Positions 41,143 to 50,031 of a stretch of DNA of 64,000 nucleotides are shown piece by piece (within the stretch, counting starts at the first letter, position 1; every line of letters begins with the position of its first letter). Origin of the DNA: an uncultured Candidatus Binatia bacterium (GTDB taxonomy: Bacteria > Desulfobacterota > Binatia > Bin18); NCBI GenBank assembly GCA_965214605.1, contig OZ243961.1, positions 4,064,001 to 4,128,000 on the forward strand, written 5' to 3'. The position numbers and the translations under genes were made by a program. The notes beneath the pieces were generated by a model. It saw nothing but the letters and a program-made list of their open reading frames with translations. It was not told the origin of the DNA and did not search any database.

Positions 41143-41946
41143 ATGGCAGACGCACCAGCTACAGTGACAGACCTGACGGCCGAGGCCGAACGCCAAAAAC
41201 GGCTCGAGCTTAAGGCCCTGTTGGAAAAAAAGTATAAATGGATCGATTGGAAGTGGGACCTGATCTTCTGGGTCACGGCCATCTTTGTCGTTGCTGGAGC
41301 GGCAGATATTACCAAACAGCTGTTTGCCGGTGACTGGGACTTCTGGACCGACTGGAAAGATCCCCAGTGGTGGCCGGTGGTCACCGCTTTTGCCACGATC
41401 ATCATTCCGTCTGCCCTACAGTATATCCAGTGGGTGGCGTGGCGCTTCCCCACCGGGGCAACCTACACTGCGTGTTGCATGTTTTTGGCAGCCTGGGTGG
41501 GGCGTTACTTCCAGTGGAATGTGGCCGAAACCTATCCTATGAACTTTGTGTGGCCGATCTCTATCGTCGGGGCAGGTATCCTGATGGACTGGACTCTGAT
41601 GAAAACCAAGAGTTTCATCCTCACCTCCCTCATTGGTGCACATGTCTGGGCCATTGCGGTGTGGGCCTATAATTATATTCCCCTGTCACCCTTCCTCCAA
41701 CCCGCCCACTTCATGGATCATGTCGTGACGGTCTCCGATGTCCAGGGTATTGCCTATATTCGATCGCAGACGCCGGAATATTTGCGTCTAATTGAGCGTG
41801 GTGCGCTGCGCAGCTTCCTGGGCGAAACCCAGTACGTGTCTCTGGTATTTGGCGGCACGGTCGCCTTTGCTGGGTATTGGATCGGCCAGTTCATCGGTCG
41901 CTACCTAGCGGTCTGGCCGATTAGGCGCTACTTAAAAACGCTGTGA
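41143..41946 (+). CDS. pmoA: Copper membrane monooxygenase subunit A (divergent PmoA/AmoA)
   Basis: AGDWDFWTDWKD, PTGAT, YPMNFVWP, YIRSQTPEYLRLIERGALRSF. Confidence 0.93.
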   Translation: MADAPATVTDLTAEAERQKRLELKALLEKKYKWIDWKWDLIFWVTAIFVVAGAADITKQLFAGDWDFWTDWKDPQWWPVVTAFATIIIPSALQYIQWVAWRFPTGATYTACCMFLAAWVGRYFQWNVAETYPMNFVWPISIVGAGILMDWTLMKTKSFILTSLIGAHVWAIAVWAYNYIPLSPFLQPAHFMDHVVTVSDVQGIAYIRSQTPEYLRLIERGALRSFLGETQYVSLVFGGTVAFAGYWIGQFIGRYLAVWPIRRYLKTL

Positions 41947-41953
41947 GGTCGCT

Positions 41954-42235
41954 ATGCTAAGCACAACGCAATGGAGCAAAGTCGCAGGTGCTAGCCTGGC
42001 CGCCCTGCTCGCAACGCCGTCACTCGGACACGCCCATGGCATAGGACTGGACGAAATGGCCCCTCCTGTAGTAACGGCAATCCTGCTTGGTCTGGCGTGT
42101 TACTGGCTGATGGTGCTGTGGCCCGCCGGGAGACACACTAAGCTCCCGTCGTTTGAGACGCCGGTCAGCGAAAAGATTCGGATCAAACAGAAGCCGCGCC
42201 TGCGGGTGGTGGAGAGGAGACTGGTCGATGACTAA
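41954..42235 (+). CDS. Small membrane protein inserted between pmoA and pmoB
   Basis: GAGG RBS, signal peptide ending GHA|HG, one TM helix, basic tail; overlaps the pmoB start. Confidence 0.6.
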   Translation: MLSTTQWSKVAGASLAALLATPSLGHAHGIGLDEMAPPVVTAILLGLACYWLMVLWPAGRHTKLPSFETPVSEKIRIKQKPRLRVVERRLVDD

Positions 42236-43487
42236 GTGGGCGACCGGGCAGGTCCTGCTTGGCCTGATGCTTTTCGGCTGGACTGCCGTGATCGGTGTTC
42301 CTCAATGTTTTGCCCATGGCGAGGCCGCAGATGAGCCTTTCCTGAAAAACCTAACAACCGCGTTTTTCGACGTGTCGGTGTCTCCGACCGAAATTCAGGT
42401 CGGCGAGCCGGTCACTATCACCGGTAAGGTCCAGATCCTGGAGACCTGGCCGCACACGCTCTACCCCCCGGAAATCGCCTCTATCATGCCGGTGGTCCCC
42501 GGACCGGTGTTTCTGCTCAAGGAGCGAACAGTCAACGGGGAATCCTCAATCGGTTCGTTTTTTGTTGAAAAGGGTGGAATTTACGAGTTCCGCATGGTGC
42601 TCATCGGCAAAGAACCCGGCGAATGGCATGTACATCCTGGGATTGCCATCCATGGAACCGGAACGCTCATCGGCCCGGCTGAATGGGTCAACGTAGCGCC
42701 TAGCACAACCCCACTCGAATTTCCGGTGACCCTGCTGAGCGGTGAGACCATTGAACTGAGTAGTTACGGCGGAAGCTTCGTTGTCTGGTGGTCATTTCTC
42801 GGCTTTGGACTGGGTCTTGTCTGGATGTTGTATTGGACCCTGACCAAGAGAACCGTCACAAACCTAGCCGTGACCCTCCAGATTCCCCCTAACGATGACG
42901 CGCCTGATCTGGGTCTCATTACCCCACGTGACCATATGTGGATGAACGTGATCGCCGGGGCTGCGCTCATCATGCTGGTAGCCGGCTGGACCTATGCAAC
43001 GACGAGCTATCCGGTCAGATGGCCGCAACAGACCGACTGGTTCACGCCAGAATTGATCTCACCGGGACCGAAAATGGCCGAGGTGCGGGCTACCGGGGCG
43101 ACGTTTGATGAGGGGACCGAGACGCTAGAGATGGACGTCCGGGTCACGAACGTTGACGACAGCCCGATCACAGTGAAGAAATACACGATGGCAATGGCCA
43201 GCTTTGTCAACGGTGGCGAACAAGAACAGGCCGCCGCGGGACCGCGCGATTTTGTCGGGACCCTCAACGTCGCCCCCAACGTTCCGATCGAACCGGGCCA
43301 GACTCAAGAGCTGAGTCTCAGCATTTCGAGCGCCTTGTTCGGCACCGAACGCCTGATTCCGCTCAGCGCCCCGCAGCAATATATCGCCGGTGTCTTCCAG
43401 TTTGAGAACTCAGACGGCGAGCAGGAGTTGGTCACGGTCCGCTCAGGCCTCATCCCAACCCGCTTCACCCCCCAGTATCTGCCCTAG
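42228..43487 (+). CDS. pmoB: Copper membrane monooxygenase subunit B (divergent PmoB/AmoB)
   Basis: Signal FA|HGEAADEPFL, WHVHP....GTGTLIGPAEW, two TM helices, C-terminal cupredoxin-like domain; GAGGAG RBS before ATG 42228. Confidence 0.92.
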   Translation: MTKWATGQVLLGLMLFGWTAVIGVPQCFAHGEAADEPFLKNLTTAFFDVSVSPTEIQVGEPVTITGKVQILETWPHTLYPPEIASIMPVVPGPVFLLKERTVNGESSIGSFFVEKGGIYEFRMVLIGKEPGEWHVHPGIAIHGTGTLIGPAEWVNVAPSTTPLEFPVTLLSGETIELSSYGGSFVVWWSFLGFGLGLVWMLYWTLTKRTVTNLAVTLQIPPNDDAPDLGLITPRDHMWMNVIAGAALIMLVAGWTYATTSYPVRWPQQTDWFTPELISPGPKMAEVRATGATFDEGTETLEMDVRVTNVDDSPITVKKYTMAMASFVNGGEQEQAAAGPRDFVGTLNVAPNVPIEPGQTQELSLSISSALFGTERLIPLSAPQQYIAGVFQFENSDGEQELVTVRSGLIPTRFTPQYLP

Positions 43488-43516
43488 GCCCACCGGTCGG
43501 GGAGGTCTGCATATCG

Positions 43517-44107
43517 GTGTGGATCGGCATCTTCCTGTCACTTATCTGGCCGACTGTGCTCCTCCTCGCACCGCTCCCACTGTGGGCGCACGGCGGGGTT
43601 GGGATTGAGCAAGACACGTGTGTCGAGCGAGCTGGTCCATCGTTGATTCATTTTGTTGCTTATCAACCCGAGCTGAGTCCAAGCCAAGAGTTCTGTACCC
43701 GCTTGCCCCAGGTCGGGAGCACGATCCTTGTTTTTGATTTGATTGACGAGGTCGTCCGCAAACGTCCGGCAAGTCTGCGGGTAGTAGAAACCGGTACTAC
43801 GGCTGAGCCCCGTACCCTGCTCCATATTCCGGCTCAAACATATCTGAATGGGGTGCTCAACGCCGAGCTCACATTTGACGAGCCGGGCCACTACGCGGCA
43901 GTGGTGACGCTGGAGAATCCGTATCAGCAGATCACATTTCCGTTTCGCGTTGGACGGTGGTCGGTTCAGCTCCTGGTGGTGCTCAGCGGCCTCGTTTGTG
44001 GCGCGCTTGGCGGCTATTTCTTCTTCCGGGGCAAAAAGAAGCCGCCGCAGCTTAGGCGGTTGAAAAGCTACCCCCCCTTTTCCTACTCGTCATCTCCCCA
44101 TACATAG
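43517..44107 (+). CDS. Second PmoD/AmoD-like protein
   Basis: WA|HGGVGIEQDTC.....IHFVAYQP.....EFC..LP..G...VFDL; C-terminal TM helix. Confidence 0.78.
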   Translation: MWIGIFLSLIWPTVLLLAPLPLWAHGGVGIEQDTCVERAGPSLIHFVAYQPELSPSQEFCTRLPQVGSTILVFDLIDEVVRKRPASLRVVETGTTAEPRTLLHIPAQTYLNGVLNAELTFDEPGHYAAVVTLENPYQQITFPFRVGRWSVQLLVVLSGLVCGALGGYFFFRGKKKPPQLRRLKSYPPFSYSSSPHT

Positions 44108-44108
44108 A

Positions 44109-45821
44109 GTGCTTATGTCTCCGTCTCGTCTTCTGAAAGTGTCGATGCTGGTCCTGGTCCTGCTTGGCGCTGCGGTGTTTTTGCTGCCGCGTTCTTGGCT
44201 GCCGCAGACTGTCCAAGATTTGCTATATGCATCTTTCGGAGAATCCCCGTATCGACGTCCGCCGGACACTACAGACATAGAACTCGGCCTGGCTGAGCCG
44301 TTCTGCCCGGATCTTCACCCAGACTGGCGCCAACAGCAGGTCGTGGCCGGTATCACGATTGAGGAATCACTGGTGTGTGAGCCGGACAATCCGGCTGAGG
44401 TGGCCGCCTTTGTCAGAGGCACCAACAATGTACCGCTGGCAGTCCTCATGCAAACCCGGCTGACCCCAACGACGGTGGTCAAAGACGAGGACCGGGATGG
44501 AGACGGTGACCCTGACGTGATTCATATCCGTCTTGAAGTTGCCGAACTCAACGGTCGTTCGCCGGATATTCCGGATCCCTTTCCGCGCTATGCCATCGCT
44601 CCTGGAGTGCAGCCTGGGCTATGGGTCTTTGCTCCTAAAACACGCGGTATGGCGACCGAAAACTTTGACACCGACGTGGCCAACCCCAGCCTGCGTGCTC
44701 CGGCTCCAGTCATTCGTGTGGAACAGGGCGACCGCCTCCGGCTGACATTGGAAAACACCCATTATTTGCCCCATACAATCCATCTACACGGAGTCGATCA
44801 CCCCTTTGTCGACAGCAATGGCGAGGGCAATGATGGCGTCCCTATCGCCAGTGAACAACCCGTGCTTCCGGGCCAAAGTCGGACCTATGATCTGACTCCG
44901 CGCCAGACCGGCACTATGTTTTATCACTGCCATGTACAACCTAACGTCCATATTTTGATGGGCTTACAGGGGATGTTTGTGGTTGAGGAAAATCTGCCCA
45001 ACAATTGGGTACAGACGCTCAACCCAGGCGCCGGACGGGTGCGTTTTCCTTCGCAAGGTGTCCGCCGGACGTACGACCGCGAGTATGATCTGCACTACCA
45101 AGACCTGGATCACACTCTGCACGAGGTGATTCAAACGGCCAATGACCCCCGGCTGGTGGCCGAGGCCACCAGCCGCCGCTACGATATTACCGATCAGACG
45201 CCCGATTATTTTGTCCTTAACGGCCGTTCGTTTCCGTATACCATTCGGGAGTCCCTGGTGGTCGTCAAAACTAACCAGGACGTGAAACTGCGCGTGCTGA
45301 ACGGAGGGGCAGAGGGGATTGCTCTGCACACCCACGGCCACAAAATCAGGATTACCCATTACGACGGTGTGGAGCATAATCCGGCCGCCCAGATTACCCG
45401 CGATGTAGTCTGGCTAGGTCCCGCCCAACGGCTTGATTTACACCTGCGGACGGTCAACGATGGGCTCCACAACTACGGACCGGGCGTGTGGTTGTTGCAC
45501 GACCACAAAGAGAAAGGCGTGACCACAAACGGCATCAATCCGGGCGGTAATATCAGCGCGATTGTGTACGAATCTTTCTTGGCCGAAGCCGGCTGGCCGA
45601 AGACACAGGGCATGGACTGGACGCCATTTTTCAGCCAGGCCTACTATCAGAAGAAAGTCCCGGTCTGGAGCACCCTCGACGACTCGAGTCTGCTCGGTCA
45701 AGCCGCCAGCCGGACCCCGGGTTGGGGCCGTGCAGCGCTTCTTGGGCTGCTAAGCGGGCTCCTGCTCGGCGGGCTGGCGGCTCGGCTGCGCTCTGTGTTT
45801 CAACGTCCACCAAGGGGCTAG
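44109..45821 (+). CDS. Membrane-anchored multicopper oxidase
   Basis: HTIHLHG, YHCH....H..MG, HTHGH, LHDH copper motifs; N- and C-terminal hydrophobic anchors. Confidence 0.88.
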   Translation: MLMSPSRLLKVSMLVLVLLGAAVFLLPRSWLPQTVQDLLYASFGESPYRRPPDTTDIELGLAEPFCPDLHPDWRQQQVVAGITIEESLVCEPDNPAEVAAFVRGTNNVPLAVLMQTRLTPTTVVKDEDRDGDGDPDVIHIRLEVAELNGRSPDIPDPFPRYAIAPGVQPGLWVFAPKTRGMATENFDTDVANPSLRAPAPVIRVEQGDRLRLTLENTHYLPHTIHLHGVDHPFVDSNGEGNDGVPIASEQPVLPGQSRTYDLTPRQTGTMFYHCHVQPNVHILMGLQGMFVVEENLPNNWVQTLNPGAGRVRFPSQGVRRTYDREYDLHYQDLDHTLHEVIQTANDPRLVAEATSRRYDITDQTPDYFVLNGRSFPYTIRESLVVVKTNQDVKLRVLNGGAEGIALHTHGHKIRITHYDGVEHNPAAQITRDVVWLGPAQRLDLHLRTVNDGLHNYGPGVWLLHDHKEKGVTTNGINPGGNISAIVYESFLAEAGWPKTQGMDWTPFFSQAYYQKKVPVWSTLDDSSLLGQAASRTPGWGRAALLGLLSGLLLGGLAARLRSVFQRPPRG

Positions 45822-45824
45822 CCT

Positions 45825-46688
45825 GTGGTGATCTTTTTCCTGGCTGTGTTTGCTGTCTGCGTATTTCCTGCGCTGGGTTTGAGCCAAGAAACCGCGCCAC
45901 GCGCGCCTCAGGTCCACACCGATCACCGAATGGATGCTGAGCCGCATGCCGATCACCGAATGGATGCTGAGCCGCATGCCGATCACCGAATGGATGCTGA
46001 GCCGCATGCCGATCACCGAATGGATGCTGAGCCGCATGCCGATCACCGAATGGATGCTGAGCCGCATGCCGATCACCAAGTCCATGAGCATCACGCTATG
46101 CGGCTGGACGCCTCAGGTATGGTTATGAATGAAAACACCGACGAACTGCCGCGAGGCTGTCCACGCATCGCTGGCGAACAACATATCACCGTCCGCGCCG
46201 GTAAGGAATTTGCGCGGGATTTTTCAGGCACGATGTTCACCTATGACCAGCGAGAGTGGGCGGTCGAACCGTGTACACAGCTCACCGTCAGCCTGATCAA
46301 TACCGATGAGGTTCGCCACCAATGGATGTTGCATGGTCTGCCCCGCTATCTGTATGACCAGGGTATGTTCACCCTGGAGGTCGCGGGAAAAGGTCAGAAA
46401 ACCGCCAGCTTTATCGTGCCGCCGGGAAGCAAGACGTATCTGGTCCATTGTGACGTGCCACACCATATGGAAAAAGGGATGAAAGCCCAGTTAAAGGTCG
46501 GTGGTGGGGATGGCGATTTGCCGAGTATCCCGGGGATTACCGGCCCCCGCCTGGAAGATCCCTATCTGTTTGAGTGGGGGTGGACAGGAATAGGGTTGAC
46601 CCTTGTTGGCGGGCTGCTTGGTCTAGTCCTAGCCAGCAGAGGACCGGGTCTGCTGCGACAGGTGCGGGTGAAACAAATACGCAAGTGA
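45825..46688 (+). CDS. Cupredoxin-domain protein with His/Met-rich N-terminal repeat
   Basis: Signal peptide, (DHRMDAEPHA)x5, RHQWM, HCDVPHHMEKGM type-1 Cu motif, C-terminal TM helix. Confidence 0.85.
   Translation: MVIFFLAVFAVCVFPALGLSQETAPRAPQVHTDHRMDAEPHADHRMDAEPHADHRMDAEPHADHRMDAEPHADHRMDAEPHADHQVHEHHAMRLDASGMVMNENTDELPRGCPRIAGEQHITVRAGKEFARDFSGTMFTYDQREWAVEPCTQLTVSLINTDEVRHQWMLHGLPRYLYDQGMFTLEVAGKGQKTASFIVPPGSKTYLVHCDVPHHMEKGMKAQLKVGGGDGDLPSIPGITGPRLEDPYLFEWGWTGIGLTLVGGLLGLVLASRGPGLLRQVRVKQIRK
45919..46077. repeat. Perfect 30-bp tandem repeat, about 5.3 copies, in frame
   Basis: gatcaccgaatggatgctgagccgcatgcc x5 from 45921. Confidence 0.97.
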
Positions 46689-46707
46689 AATTAAAAAGGA
46701 GGCCGTT

Positions 46708-47568
46708 ATGAAAGTAGGAATCTTTGAGTTCGCCATCGACCGGTCCGTCGATCCAGCCCTTGTGGCCAAGCGGACCGAGGAGCTGGGCTTCGCCTCGTAC
46801 TGGGTCCCGGAGCATCCGATTATTCCGATACAGACCACCTCACCCTATCCGGGCGCTGAGGACGGGATTATTCCGGACGAGTATGGGCGCATTCTCGACC
46901 CATTCGTGGCCCTGGCCAGGGCTTCGGCAGTCACTCGCACAATTGAGTTGGGGACCGGCATTTGCCTTATTCCTGAGCGGAATCCGCTGCTACTAGCCAA
47001 AGAAGTAGCGACCCTGGATAAGCTGTCGGGCGGCCGTTTTATTCTGGGGATTGGCGCCGGCTGGCTCAGAGAAGAAACCGAGATCATGGGCGGGGATTTT
47101 GCTCATCGCTGGAGCCAGACCAGGGACGGAGTCTTGGCTATGAAGGAGCTGTGGACCCAAGATGAAGCCGAGTATCACGGGAAGTTCTACGACTTTCCGG
47201 CCGTGCGATCTTTCCCCAAGCCGGTCCGGAAACCGCATCCACCGGTGTATATGGGTGGCTCGTCGAAGTATGTGTTCAAGCGTGTGGTGGAGTGGGGCGA
47301 CGGCTGGATGCCGGTCCTGTCGCCGCTCGAAGACATTAAGGCTGGTCGCCAACGCCTGAATGAGATGGCCGAACAGGTGGGCCGTGATCCCAAGTCTATC
47401 CAGGTGCTGGCCTTTGGTTTTCCCGGCAAATATCGGACCCGCCAGGAACTGGCCGAACTCCAGGACGCAGGCGTCGATCATGTCACCATCTGGCTGCAGG
47501 AGTGTGACAACGGTGAGGCCGCCGCGCTGGCCGAGTTGGACGGCCTGGCCAAAGAGGCCCTGGCGTAG
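46708..47568 (+). CDS. LLM-class F420-dependent oxidoreductase
   Basis: WVPEH, LDPFVAL, LGTGI, LDKLSGGRFILGIGAGW. Confidence 0.92.
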   Translation: MKVGIFEFAIDRSVDPALVAKRTEELGFASYWVPEHPIIPIQTTSPYPGAEDGIIPDEYGRILDPFVALARASAVTRTIELGTGICLIPERNPLLLAKEVATLDKLSGGRFILGIGAGWLREETEIMGGDFAHRWSQTRDGVLAMKELWTQDEAEYHGKFYDFPAVRSFPKPVRKPHPPVYMGGSSKYVFKRVVEWGDGWMPVLSPLEDIKAGRQRLNEMAEQVGRDPKSIQVLAFGFPGKYRTRQELAELQDAGVDHVTIWLQECDNGEAAALAELDGLAKEALA

Positions 47569-49314
47569 CACACTTCTCAGTCCTTCTAGACCAGCCGCAC
47601 TGGGGAGAAACCGTTTGTCAGCGACTTGGCCGACCTCTTGGAGTCTTCTTGCCGCAAGGAGTCTCGGGACCGTCATCGCTTGTGTCCCTCTGCCAAGAGC
47701 GATGCCGGCCCGCACCTAAGGAAGAAGCGGCCCTCGCAAGGCTGGGTGAGAACGTTGTCTGAGCCTCTTACGCTCGCCGATAGGCATCCCCCATCCTAAG
47801 AGAACCTGCAGCAGCAAGGCCAGGGCGAGTAAAGCTTTTATCTGGCTTTAGGCCCGAGGTTTTTCAATTCCATGGCAGAGCTCGCTTTCCAATCTGTCGT
47901 ATCGGCTGTTTGATGCCCTCTAGTGCAGGCTTGCGCGCGGACACGGCCGTCACGTCGCAAAGGAGCCTATTGATGGTTGCTTCGGAGTCCCTTTATTGGG
48001 TCTTCAGTCTATCCGCCTGTTGTTGGGCTTAGTGCATCACCATGCGTTCGTGCAGTTTTTTCCGTAGGGGGACGATTTCGCGACCGCGCTGCGGATTGTT
48101 CTCGTGTCGACTGAGGAATTCATGAACGCTTGCAATATTGGCTCTTTGGTGTCGGTTGAGTCCTGCTAGATCTCCCGGTGTCTGTCTTGAGGTATTACTG
48201 AGCCTGCTAGATAGCCTCTTCGACCATCTGAGCTTGGGGCTTGCTAGGGTTCACACTGTTCAGCACCTCAAAGATGAGCTCGAAGTAGACAACGAATCCT
48301 ACCGGCCGTGATAATGATGTACCGGAAGGCTCTGCAGCGGCGAAAAAGTCGTTCCTCTTCATCGCGTTCCTTATACTTCTCGGGGCCAGCCGTCCCAGGG
48401 GGTGATTGCGCTTCGGCGGCACGATCGGAAACGTCCCGAACTCCCCCCCGCGATACCGAGTCACCGCGTCCGCAATAGGGGCGCGGTCCATCACCCCATA
48501 GTCGTCCACAGCGGAGTCCGGGCCAGCAGCTTACGACCCTCAGGCGCAGTGCCGGCCGGCCTGGGCGACACCGCAACACTGACGGCCAAATCAGCATCCA
48601 CAACAGGTCCCGCGGCACTTGTCGATGGTTTGCAGCCCATTTTTTACGTCCCCACCCCGGCCGCATGTCCTGGCTCTCCACACCACTTCCAGAGCCCTGC
48701 TCTAGCCCGTACAAAATCGCTGACAGTCCTGTCCGAGTGTCTACCTTGACGTTCCTCCGCTGAGGTGGGAGCAGCTCTATGTTCTCTCACATTGCTGCTG
48801 GGGAGGGGTCTCGGCGCTGAACCTAGCTCCTGTGGAGAATAGGATCCCCGGTCCTGGGCGCGAACGCAAACCGGATGGATCGCGACGCGGGCGGGATAAG
48901 ATATTGGGCCTATCCATGGCGCTTCTGGATTCCGCTCCATCCGGTCGCCTCAGCTTAGTCTACGGTCATAAGTTGGGGCCCTTGATCCCTTCGTGGCTCT
49001 TGCCAGGGTCGTACGCGACTTCTGCCGTCTAGCGGCTCAGCACCGCCCTTCCCTTTTTCAAAAATGAATTTCTGATGGTGTCAAATCAACGCCGAGACCA
49101 CTTGCTCCGCACTGCAAGCCCCGCTCCAACCATCGCCGAGGTGCATCATATCGTGGGCGGGGTGGCCTGCCAGAGGTTGCAGCCTATTCCCCCCAAAGCG
49201 TGACACAAGAGAGTGACCTCTCCCATTTTATGCCCTTGACATAGCCCGGCGGTGGGATAGATGAGAGGAGGACGAAGCGGGTTGTATCCGTTTCTCGCCA
49301 AAGGAGCCGTGACC

Positions 49315-49629
49315 ATGATCTATGAACTACGGACGTATCAGCTCGCGTTTGGCGGGCTGCCGGAATATCTGGAGGTGGCCAAAACAATGATTCTGCCCGG
49401 CGTTGCCGAGCATGGCCTTAAGCCGGTCGGATTTTGGTACACCGAGGTTGGTCAGCTCAACGAAGTCTGCCATCTGTGGGCCTATCAGGATTTGAACGAA
49501 CGCCAGGAGAAATGGGCTAAATGGGCGCGCGACCCTCGTCGCGCCGAGGTCGGCAAACGTCTGCGGGGAGTCATTCTCAGCCAGACCAATAAGATCTTAT
49601 CTCCGACTGAGTTTTCGGCCCTGCAATAA
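49315..49629 (+). CDS. NIPSNAP family protein
   Basis: MIYELRTY, GFWYTEVG.LN...HLWAY, L.PTEFS. Confidence 0.9.
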   Translation: MIYELRTYQLAFGGLPEYLEVAKTMILPGVAEHGLKPVGFWYTEVGQLNEVCHLWAYQDLNERQEKWAKWARDPRRAEVGKRLRGVILSQTNKILSPTEFSALQ

Positions 49630-49637
49630 GCCTACAG

Positions 49638-50021
49638 ATGGAAGCCCGCCTTGTGCTGAGAGATTGTCACTCTGCCTCGGGTCTGGGCGGTTTGCGGGTC
49701 TGGCGCCTGAGTCTGCCGCTCTCGTTGTTTGTCAGTCTGACCTGTCAGCCGCTGCCACCGCCCGATGTGTTTATCGGTTATGGGGAGGTGAAGCAGGTTG
49801 TTCACCACGATCAACGGGTGGTGATTGCGCATGAGGCGATCCCCGATTTTTTTCCGGCAAAAACGAGCAGTTTTGCCCTCCGCTCACCAGCCCTGGCCGA
49901 CGCCTGCGTACCTGGACAGCGCGTCCGCTTCACGCTGGAACGCACCCCGCAGACCCTCTATCTGATAGCGGTCCAAAACGTTCCCCTGGTCGCGCCGCCG
50001 GTAGAGCCTGACACCGATTGA
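49638..50021 (+). CDS. CusF-like copper-binding periplasmic protein (degenerate)
   Basis: GEV......VVIAHEAIPDFFPAKT..F ... GQRVRFTL; the usual Met ligands are absent. Confidence 0.55.
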   Translation: MEARLVLRDCHSASGLGGLRVWRLSLPLSLFVSLTCQPLPPPDVFIGYGEVKQVVHHDQRVVIAHEAIPDFFPAKTSSFALRSPALADACVPGQRVRFTLERTPQTLYLIAVQNVPLVAPPVEPDTD

Positions 50022-50031
50022 ACAAAATACC

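Noticed and set aside
40217-43487. Calling the organism a methanotroph or nitrifier
   Set aside because: The subunits are too divergent and no mxa/xox accessory or hao genes are in the window; the substrate cannot be assigned from sequence
45919-46077. CRISPR or non-coding repeat
   Set aside because: No spacers; it is an in-frame coding tandem repeat
47569-49260. Short ORFs, possible IS or ncRNA in a 1.7-kb gap
   Set aside because: No transposase motifs, terminal repeats or recognisable RNA fold; probably decayed DNA that needs BLASTx/Infernal
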